From the NCBI GenBank assembly GCA_038330175.1, contig JBBQNS010000003.1, forward strand, positions 283-64,282: 64,000 nucleotides of DNA. Reading direction: 5' to 3'. The stretch's first letter is position 1; every line of letters begins with the position of its first letter. Under the pieces are notes generated by a model, which worked only from the letters and a program-made list of their open reading frames with translations, had not been told where the DNA came from and did not search any database. Positions 56,817 to 64,000 of this stretch are shown piece after piece. This stretch comes from Kiritimatiellia bacterium (GTDB lineage Bacteria; Verrucomicrobiota; Kiritimatiellia; CAIKKV01; CAITUY01). Made by a program: the position numbers and the translations under genes.

Positions 56817-58567
56817 TAAAACGTCTCGCCAGGGCCAACGGTTTGGATTGTTTTTGACAACGGCACCAGACTCTCCGTGGGGGTGAGCCCCAAATAACGC
56901 ACCGCCTGCTCGGCGACTTCGCCAAATACTGGGGCCGATACCGCGCCTCCCGTATGAAGCGGTTGTGGCTCATCAAACACAATAATCATCCCGATTTCGG
57001 GATGATCGGCCGGGATAAAGCCAACAAATGAAGCCATATAATCAGTTTCTGAATAATGGCCGGAGATCGGCTTTTGCGCGGTACCTGTTTTTCCGCCTAC
57101 TGAAAATCCATTTACTCTGGCCTTGAACCCAGTTCCCCCTTCTTCACAAACCCGGGCCAACAAACGCCTCATTAATGCAGCGGTTTCAGGGCGAATCGGA
57201 TGCGATATCACCTGCGGTTGGCGACGCAACAAAACAGTCCCATCATCGGCGATCACTTCCTTTACAAGATAGGGCTTCATTAAGGCTCCGTCGTTAGCGA
57301 TGGCACACAACACCCCCAACATTTGAAGCCCCGTCACGGCCACCCCCTGCCCAATGGCAATACGGCTCGAGCTGATCGCGGCCCATTTTTGAACCGGCAT
57401 TAATATCCCACCCTCTTCACCTGGCAAATCCAAACCCAACTTGCCTCCAATGCCGAAACTTCGCAAATACTTATCCATGCGCACATTTCCCAGCATAATC
57501 GCAATTTTAGCGGCCCCGATATTACTGGATTTCTTGAGGACGTCAGCCACACTTAATTGAGAATAACCATGATAATCGCGAAGTATTTTCTTCTGATAAA
57601 GCCAACGGCCATTTTCAGTGTTAAATATCGTCTCGGGTGTGACAATCCCATCATTTAAAGCCGCCGCAATCACCGACACCTTGAAGGTGGATCCCGGCTC
57701 GTAAACATAGCCAATAGCACGATTAAGTTTCTGTGGGTCTGTTGCTTTACGAAACTGATTTGGATCAAATCCGGGGCGACTGACCATCGCTAGAATTTCG
57801 CCCGTTCGCACTCGCTCCATAATGGCAAAAGCAGCCTTAGACCGGTTGCGCTCCATCGCTGCATCAACGCTTTTTTCGAGCATGTACTGAAGCTGCTGAT
57901 CAATGGTCAGGACCACATCGGCCCCGCTCTTTGAAGGGATCTCCTGAGTTCTGCGCTCGACCATCTCTCGGCGTTTTCCATCGAGACGGCTTTCAATCAG
58001 GCCCGGGCTTCCCTTTAAGAGTTTCTCCATCGCCAGCTCAAGCCCGCTGGAGCCCACCCCTTCATTGTTGGCAAATCCAAGAACATGGCATAGCATTTCA
58101 TTCTGGGGGTAAGACCGGATGGACGAATCACTCGAATGGACGCCGGGTAGTTTCAGCTTTTCTATGGCGTCTGCTTTTTCGGCAGAGACGTAACGGGAAA
58201 TCATGGCAAACTGGCTGTTGGTTTTATTTAATCGAGGTAAAACGTCAGCCATGTCAATGGGGATCAACGGGACGAGGCAGGTGAGAGTGGTCCCCACTCG
58301 ATTACTCGCAATCAACAAAGAGGGGTCAGCCCAGATATCCTTGACACCTACATTGAGAGCTAATATTCCGGCTGAAGGGCTCCCATCCAAGATCCGTCCA
58401 CGTGGGACCGTTAGGGTCTGCTTGAAAGGCTTTGTTTTGGCCGCAGTAGCCTTGTTTTGATCGCCCCCCAGATGTAGAAAAGCCAACCGACCGACCAAAA
58501 CCATCATCACTAGGCCCAAAAGAACCAAAATGACGATGAATCTGGTTGATCCACGTGGCTCAGTCAT
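56816..58567 (-). CDS. ftsI: Class B penicillin-binding protein (PBP3)
   Basis: EPGSTFK (SxxK), SSN (SxN), GKTGT (KTG). Confidence 0.92.
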   Translation of the reverse strand: MTEPRGSTRFIVILVLLGLVMMVLVGRLAFLHLGGDQNKATAAKTKPFKQTLTVPRGRILDGSPSAGILALNVGVKDIWADPSLLIASNRVGTTLTCLVPLIPIDMADVLPRLNKTNSQFAMISRYVSAEKADAIEKLKLPGVHSSDSSIRSYPQNEMLCHVLGFANNEGVGSSGLELAMEKLLKGSPGLIESRLDGKRREMVERRTQEIPSKSGADVVLTIDQQLQYMLEKSVDAAMERNRSKAAFAIMERVRTGEILAMVSRPGFDPNQFRKATDPQKLNRAIGYVYEPGSTFKVSVIAAALNDGIVTPETIFNTENGRWLYQKKILRDYHGYSQLSVADVLKKSSNIGAAKIAIMLGNVRMDKYLRSFGIGGKLGLDLPGEEGGILMPVQKWAAISSSRIAIGQGVAVTGLQMLGVLCAIANDGALMKPYLVKEVIADDGTVLLRRQPQVISHPIRPETAALMRRLLARVCEEGGTGFKARVNGFSVGGKTGTAQKPISGHYSETDYMASFVGFIPADHPEIGMIIVFDEPQPLHTGGAVSAPVFGEVAEQAVRYLGLTPTESLVPLSKTIQTVGPGETF

Positions 58568-58952
58568 TCATCACAATCCTATTATTCCGGGCCACCCGAG
58601 CTGAGGGGCGGGTTTCGTACCCATGAAGGGTATCAAGAGAGCCATCATACCGCACCCGCACAATCTGGTCACGCCCAGGCCAGGTCATCACTAATCCATG
58701 CGATTTCAAAGCCAGCTCAAGGCTAGACGGCGACTGCATTTTCGCCCATTCACATTGCTCGCGAACCAATTGATCGCGTAGCCGACTTTGGGACGCCTCT
58801 AGGCCACGGATTTCACGACCAAGCGTCTCGGTCCGAGACTGGAGACAGACATACACCAAGGCAAACCCAACCAACACCACCAGGAGTGCAACGAGAGGAA
58901 TCGGAACCGGAAATTTTGTCTGCCCCTTTTTTCTGTTTTTCTTAGCCATCAT
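58560..58952 (-). CDS. ftsL: FtsL-like cell division protein
   Basis: Basic N-terminus, single TM, coiled coil; between rsmH and ftsI. Confidence 0.7.
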   Translation of the reverse strand: MMAKKNRKKGQTKFPVPIPLVALLVVLVGFALVYVCLQSRTETLGREIRGLEASQSRLRDQLVREQCEWAKMQSPSSLELALKSHGLVMTWPGRDQIVRVRYDGSLDTLHGYETRPSARVARNNRIVMND

Positions 58953-59882
58953 CTAGTTCTGCTCCTTTCGCTCCGCGATTCTCAACTTGGCTGAACGCGC
59001 GCGGGTATTTTCCCTGCACTCTTCATCCGTTGCCACCACGGGCTTACGGGTTAAAATTGTCATTTCAGGTAGAGCGCCAACCCATCTCGCCCCACCTTCC
59101 GGAAGAGATTCCATTCTCCCCTGATGTTCCACAAAAAATTGTTTAACGATCCGATCTTCAAGACTATGGAAGGTAATCACAGCCATTCTGCCGCCAACCT
59201 TCAAAATTCGAAGCCCAGCCTCTAATCCCGCCTCCAAAGCCTCCAACTCACCATTAACTGCAATCCTGAGTGCCTGAAAGGTCAACGTCGCCGGGTGAAT
59301 CCGTCCCCGCCGTCCGCCATACACCGTCATCACTAACTCGGCCAACTGAGCGGTTCTCCGGAACGGAACCGCTCCCCGTTGCCCCACAATCTTATGCGCA
59401 ATTGCTCTTGCCCGGGGCTCCTCGCCATATTTCTTAAACACCCGTGCAAGTTCCACTTCCGGTAGCGTGTTCAACAAATCAGCTGCCGTCAGAGGCGCCT
59501 CCTGATCCATGCGCATATCCAAAGGGCCATCTCGCATAAAGCTAAAGCCGCGCTCCGGATCATCCAACTGATCCGAAGAGATCCCGATATCCAATAACAC
59601 TCCGTCCACCTGCTTTAGGCCCAGCTCCGCGACAACCTGATCCATCCTGGCGAAACTCGACTGCACCAACAAACATTGTGCTACTTTGCTTCCAAGCTTC
59701 TGCCGCGCTCGATCCAATGCGCCTGCATCCTGGTCCAATGCCACCACCCGCCCTTGGAGACCCACCGCATCCGCTAGAGCCAGCGCATGCCCGCCTCCAC
59801 CCAGAGTTCCATCAACCACCACCGCACCAGGCTGCAAGCCCAACCCCACCAGCACCTCTGAAAGCATTACGGACTGATGCAT
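58953..59882 (-). CDS. rsmH: 16S rRNA m4C1402 methyltransferase
   Basis: DGTLGGGGH, DIGISSDQLD, GPLDMRMD, FQALRIAVN, FHSLEDR, RARSAKLR. Confidence 0.95.
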   Translation of the reverse strand: MHQSVMLSEVLVGLGLQPGAVVVDGTLGGGGHALALADAVGLQGRVVALDQDAGALDRARQKLGSKVAQCLLVQSSFARMDQVVAELGLKQVDGVLLDIGISSDQLDDPERGFSFMRDGPLDMRMDQEAPLTAADLLNTLPEVELARVFKKYGEEPRARAIAHKIVGQRGAVPFRRTAQLAELVMTVYGGRRGRIHPATLTFQALRIAVNGELEALEAGLEAGLRILKVGGRMAVITFHSLEDRIVKQFFVEHQGRMESLPEGGARWVGALPEMTILTRKPVVATDEECRENTRARSAKLRIAERKEQN

Positions 59883-59896
59883 TTAAAAATTACAGG

Positions 59897-60349
59897 TTAG
59901 AACCCAACCGAACGCGCCGCTTCACCAAGATCCACAAGCCCGGTCGAATTTACCTGTTTCCATAATTCCGGATTCCACAGTTCGAAGTGATCAATCGAAC
60001 CGACAAGGGTAACTTGATCCATCAGTTTTCCATGCTCCAGCAATCCATCATTAACACGAATACGTCCCGCTGAATCCCAGGGAGCCAATTGAGATTGCGA
60101 ACCTAAAATACGGGCAAATTGCCGCCCCTTCACATCCGCAACCGAAAGATTTCGGAGGCTCTGTAAGCGCTGAATCATTTCACGAGCGGGATACACATTC
60201 AGGAACATCCGTCCCTCAAGATCCGGCAGAACATAGAGCCCAGCAGACAAACCCGCACATTCACGCCATTCCGATGGAATGGTCAGGCGCTTTTTGGGAT
60301 CCAATAAATGGGTGTAGGTGCCCATGAAAAGGCCCTGCATAATCCCCAT
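59897..60349 (-). CDS. mraZ: Division/cell wall cluster transcriptional repressor MraZ (start uncertain, 60340-60379)
   Basis: FMGTYTHLLDPKKRLTIP, D..GRI, VG..DHFELW. Confidence 0.92.
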   Translation of the reverse strand: MGIMQGLFMGTYTHLLDPKKRLTIPSEWRECAGLSAGLYVLPDLEGRMFLNVYPAREMIQRLQSLRNLSVADVKGRQFARILGSQSQLAPWDSAGRIRVNDGLLEHGKLMDQVTLVGSIDHFELWNPELWKQVNSTGLVDLGEAARSVGF

Positions 60350-60375
60350 ATTGGTTTCTTTTTTTTCTTCTGCCT

Positions 60376-60431
60376 GCACTTATGCCCCACACTTATGTAC
60401 TCTCGACACACAATACACCACTTCGCCCCAC
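60376..60431 (-). promoter_or_regulatory. MraZ-binding direct repeats
   Basis: Minus strand GTGGGGCGAA GTGGTGTATT GTGTG (10-nt period) plus GTGGGGCATAAGTG upstream of mraZ; MraZ binds TGGGN-type repeats with 10-nt spacing. Confidence 0.65.
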
Positions 60432-60557
60432 CCAACGTCAATAATTTTCACTGTTTTCTAAGGTATTTTGGACTATTTTTGTCGTGTAAACTTGTCGCTT
60501 GCCTCTAATCCGTGCGGAGTGTAGAAGTTAACCGACTATCTATTAATGAGGTGCATG

Positions 60558-62387
60558 ATGTCTAAGCAAGTTGATTCAAATATTTCAAAAGAACCCGCCG
60601 CCTCGACTCAGCCGTTACTTTTCGAAGTCGCGTGGGAAGTGTGCCAACAACTTGGCGGGATCTACACGGTCATCCGATCAAAGGTGCCAAGTATCGTTGA
60701 GCAGTGGGGTAACCGGTATTGTCTCATTGGACCTTACAACCCACAAACTTCACAAACTGAATTCGAAGAAATCCAACCTACTGGCTTTTTCAAAGATGTT
60801 TTGCAAATCCTGGCCGAACAAGGGATTGAGGCGCATTATGGACACTGGCTCATCACGGGGCGACCGCGTGTATTGCTACTCAACCCCCTCTCCGTTCAAT
60901 CGCAACTGGGCTTTATCAAATATCTGTTGTGGGAACACCACAACATTGCCATGACGGATGATGACCTGGTTAATCAAGTGGTTTCATTCGGTTACACCGT
61001 TGAACAATGCTTTAGAGCCATCACCAAAGCGCAGCCTGTTAGACGCCCGATGATTGCCCACTTCCATGAATGGATGGGGGCCTCGGCCATTCCTGAAATG
61101 CGGCGGGCCCAGATTCCAGTCTCCATCGTATTCACAACGCACGCTACTTTGCTTGGTCGTTATCTGGCCATGAACGACCCCTGGTTTTATGATCACGTGC
61201 CTTTTGTTGACTGGGAAGCAGATGCCCGTAAGTATAACATCGAAGCGCAAGTCCGCTTGGAACGTGCCGCCGCACATGGGTGCCATGTGTTCACTACCGT
61301 CAGTGATATCACGGGCTACGAATGCGAGCATCTCCTAGGGCGCAAGCCGGATACGCTCCTTCCTAACGGCTTGAATATCGAACGCTTTGTGGCTCTGCAT
61401 GAATTTCAGAACCTTCACCGGATCTACAAGGAGAAAATCAATGAGTTTGTAGTCGCCCATTTTTTCCCAAGCTATTCCTTTGATCTGGATCGTACCCTTT
61501 ATTTTTTCACTTCAGGTCGTTTTGAATATCGGAATAAAGGCTTTGATCTCACCATTGAATCGTTGGCCCGGCTTAATTTCCGCATGAAGCAGGCCGGAAC
61601 AAATAAAACCGTCGTCTTTTTCATTATCACTCGGAAACCGATTCGCTCCATCAATGCGGAAGCGTTACGCCGACGCGCCATGATGCAGGAAATGCAGGAT
61701 GATTGCCGCGCCATTTCCAGCCAAATCGGCGAACGACTTTTTGTCGCAGCGTCCATGGGAAAATTCCCGGACATGGATGAATTAGTGGATGATTATTGGA
61801 GACTTCGCCTCCGCCGCCTGATGCATGTATGGAAAAGCAAGAGCATGCCATCCATCGTGACCCATGACCTGATGGATGACCGCAATGATGAGATCCTTAA
61901 TCAGCTTCGCTCCTGCCGGTTATTCAACCAACCTGGCGACCCCGTCAAAGTTGTTTATCACCCGGACTTCGTCACCACCAACGACCCGCTCTTTGGAATG
62001 GATTACGATCAGTTCGTGCGGGGCTGTCATCTGGGTGTTTTCCCAAGCAGCTACGAACCCTGGGGCTATGCCCCATTAGAATGTGCGGCACTCGGGCTTC
62101 CCTCTATTACCAGTGACCTTTCGGGATTCGGTACTTATCTGTCGCAGAATATCGAAAATCATGACACGGACGGATTACATATACTTAACCGCCGCTTCAA
62201 CTCGTTCGATATTTCCGCCACCACGCTGACCAACCAATTATTTGATTTCATGCAGATGGACCGGCGTGAACGCATCAACCAACGAAATCGTGTTCAAATT
62301 GCCTCCGAACATTTTGATTGGCATAACCTCGGGCGATATTACTCTCAGGCCTATCAAATGGCTTTGGGCTGTGACATCAACGCCTGA
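60558..62387 (+). CDS. Glycogen synthase, GT3 (eukaryote-like) family
   Basis: FEVAWEV....GGIYTV, HFHEW, FTTHATLLGR, GRFEYRNKG, PSSYEPWGY; RBS GAGGTG. Confidence 0.9.
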   Translation: MSKQVDSNISKEPAASTQPLLFEVAWEVCQQLGGIYTVIRSKVPSIVEQWGNRYCLIGPYNPQTSQTEFEEIQPTGFFKDVLQILAEQGIEAHYGHWLITGRPRVLLLNPLSVQSQLGFIKYLLWEHHNIAMTDDDLVNQVVSFGYTVEQCFRAITKAQPVRRPMIAHFHEWMGASAIPEMRRAQIPVSIVFTTHATLLGRYLAMNDPWFYDHVPFVDWEADARKYNIEAQVRLERAAAHGCHVFTTVSDITGYECEHLLGRKPDTLLPNGLNIERFVALHEFQNLHRIYKEKINEFVVAHFFPSYSFDLDRTLYFFTSGRFEYRNKGFDLTIESLARLNFRMKQAGTNKTVVFFIITRKPIRSINAEALRRRAMMQEMQDDCRAISSQIGERLFVAASMGKFPDMDELVDDYWRLRLRRLMHVWKSKSMPSIVTHDLMDDRNDEILNQLRSCRLFNQPGDPVKVVYHPDFVTTNDPLFGMDYDQFVRGCHLGVFPSSYEPWGYAPLECAALGLPSITSDLSGFGTYLSQNIENHDTDGLHILNRRFNSFDISATTLTNQLFDFMQMDRRERINQRNRVQIASEHFDWHNLGRYYSQAYQMALGCDINA

Positions 62388-62487
62388 GCACAATAATCCA
62401 AATCGGACTCAACAATGACCACCGGCGGAGACCGCCGGCTCCAATGATTAAAAGTGCAGGCTATCCTCTGCAAGATGATTCCGCGTG

Positions 62488-62516
62488 TTGACCGACTCCT
62501 ATTTTTCCCTTACTAT
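62488..62516 (+). promoter_or_regulatory. Sigma70 promoter of nrdR
   Basis: TTGACC-N17-TACTAT. Confidence 0.55.
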
Positions 62517-62545
62517 GCAACACCAACAACATTTTAAGGTGAATC

Positions 62546-62998
62546 ATGCGTTGTCCCCGATGCGGTCATAGTGAAGATAAGGTTATCGATAGCAGGGCCT
62601 CCCGTGGCGGCGACGTCATCCGTCGTCGCAGGGTATGCGTTGGATGTGAGCATCGCTTCACCACTCGCGAGGAAGTTGTCAAAGTGGCGCTCCACATCGT
62701 CAAACGTGATGGACGGCATGAAGAGTTGTCACGGGAAAAACTGATCAATGGAATCGCCCGTGCTTGCGAAAAACGTCCCGTCAGTATGGAAGAGATCGAG
62801 ATCATCGTAGATAATATCATTACTGAACTGGGCAATGATTTTGAACGGGAGGTCACGAGCGATATTATCGGCGAAAAGGTGATGGAGCGACTCGAGAAAA
62901 TTGACGAGGTCGCCTATGTGAGATTCGCCTCTGTTTATCGCCGCTTTAAGGATGTTAACCAGTTTATTAATGCTATTCAGGGGATGGTAACTCGCTGA
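62546..62998 (+). CDS. nrdR: Transcriptional regulator NrdR
   Basis: MRCPRC, VIDSR, RRRVC..C..RFTT, VAYVRFASVYR.F. Confidence 0.95.
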   Translation: MRCPRCGHSEDKVIDSRASRGGDVIRRRRVCVGCEHRFTTREEVVKVALHIVKRDGRHEELSREKLINGIARACEKRPVSMEEIEIIVDNIITELGNDFEREVTSDIIGEKVMERLEKIDEVAYVRFASVYRRFKDVNQFINAIQGMVTR

Positions 62999-63621
62999 TG
63001 ATTTGGCAGGATTCCATTATCTCCGGAACCTCGCGCGAAAAAATAGCAGACCGACTGCTAACCGATGTCCCCGCCCTTTGCGGTAACCCCGCCCTCGCCT
63101 CACACCCCCCCTTGGCGGAGGCCGCCCAGGGTGTTGCCTTATACCTTGATCAAATTGAGGTGATTCCTGAGGAATTGGACCCTCGCCAGTCACGCGAACT
63201 ACTCGCTCATGCTTTAGACGCCGCTGGGGAGGTGGCATTAGCCCGACGCATCCGCCTATTTGGCAACCGCATCATCTATCCTGCTTCATGGATCGCGTGC
63301 GGGCGGGAAACCGTGTGGGTACTTGATACCCGCCAACTTATCACCTCGCGAGATGCCGGAATGGAATTGATTTTTTTTGAGCGCATTCGGATTGTCCTCT
63401 CCACCTTTGCCGACATCTGGGACTCAAGCTCAGGCCGAGGATTTCTGGGGCTCAAAGGCATGGAGGTCACCGCTGCTATTATCTTAGGCCCAGCCCCCTC
63501 CAAACGCTCGCTACAGGCGCTCACATCGGAAATGCGAGCCCTGGCAGCACGGCACCTCGAATATTTTCTGACCCAGCGCGGCTGGGATGTAGCACCCGCT
63601 ATTCTCACTCTGTTACCCTGA
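62998..63621 (+). CDS. Hypothetical protein coupled to nrdR
   Basis: 207-aa ORF whose ATG overlaps the nrdR stop (TGATG). Confidence 0.65.
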   Translation: MIWQDSIISGTSREKIADRLLTDVPALCGNPALASHPPLAEAAQGVALYLDQIEVIPEELDPRQSRELLAHALDAAGEVALARRIRLFGNRIIYPASWIACGRETVWVLDTRQLITSRDAGMELIFFERIRIVLSTFADIWDSSSGRGFLGLKGMEVTAAIILGPAPSKRSLQALTSEMRALAARHLEYFLTQRGWDVAPAILTLLP

Positions 63622-63665
63622 ATTTTAGTTATTTAAAAAATACCTTATAAAAGGAGAAAATAATA

Positions 63666-64000
63666 ATGATCGCAGAAGAACGCCTTCAATCCGAGCTGAA
63701 CAACACATTGAATGAAACCCACTTCTCTGGCCTTGGTGAACGGCTATATGGCAAGGTACGTGAGAGTTATCTCCAAAAGAATCAACGGATCATCGTGACG
63801 ACAGACCGGGTATCCGCTTTCGATTGCATTATCGGCACGATCCCCTTCAAGGGTCAGGTTCTGAATCAAATGGCGGCATTCTGGTTTGAAAAAACGAAAT
63901 CGATCGTTCCTAACCATCTGCTCTCCATCCCGGATCCCAACGTCATGATTGTGCATGAGTGCGAACAACTCCCACTTGAATTTATTGTTCGGAGCTATGT
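63666..64000 (+). CDS. purC: SAICAR synthetase, partial (runs off the window end; not in the ORF track)
   Basis: Manual translation: MIAEERL...GKVRESY...TTDRVSAFD...IPFKGQVLNQ..AFWF...PNHLL...LPLEFIVRSY; RBS AAGGAG. Confidence 0.9.
   Translation, partial: MIAEERLQSELNNTLNETHFSGLGERLYGKVRESYLQKNQRIIVTTDRVSAFDCIIGTIPFKGQVLNQMAAFWFEKTKSIVPNHLLSIPDPNVMIVHECEQLPLEFIVRSY

Noticed and set aside
60410-60441. TTGACG/TATTGT as the mraZ promoter
   Set aside because: The spacer is 20 nt, too long for sigma70; only the MraZ boxes were kept.

Overview
Mostly chromosomal, gene-dense window from a bacterium that looks like a PVC-superphylum member, probably Kiritimatiellia/Verrucomicrobiota. This is inferred from the dcw order with LysM between murD and ftsW, a double-domain NDK, a GT3 glycogen synthase and a TSP3-repeat surface protein. 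The first ~17.5 kb is accessory. It holds a ~985-codon surface/adhesin gene split by a 1-nt frameshift, with a long nested-hairpin 5' leader. Next comes an IS66 transposase remnant absent from the ORF track, cut off at a GGGGATTAG tandem repeat. Then follows a tightly coupled type II FAS/aryl-polyene-like lipid cluster (KR, CrtI-like FAD oxidoreductase, KS, ACP, acyltransferase, PaaK-like ligase, radical SAM/SPASM fused to an ApeP-like dehydratase, LolA-like, MMPL, DUF3261-like lipoprotein), followed by an HExxH lipoprotein and a second LolA-like gene. This cluster is the best candidate for an undescribed system. The rest is largely housekeeping: TPR/YidD, an nfeD-nfeD-bactofilin-like-floA operon, a degenerate hybrid kinase, aminotransferases, ndk, a NarL-type regulator, nth, a DEAD helicase, an FNR-box-preceded 4Fe-4S/cupin pair, cobO, a nucleoside kinase, a 1380-aa GT-C/GT9 fusion whose join depends on an A8 tract, purM/purB, the mraZ-ftsW half of dcw, glycogen synthase, nrdR and partial purC. 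Several REP/MITE-like inverted repeats and near-leaderless sigma70 promoters were also seen. No rRNA, tRNA or CRISPR array was seen. All calls come from reading motifs by eye; no searches were run.
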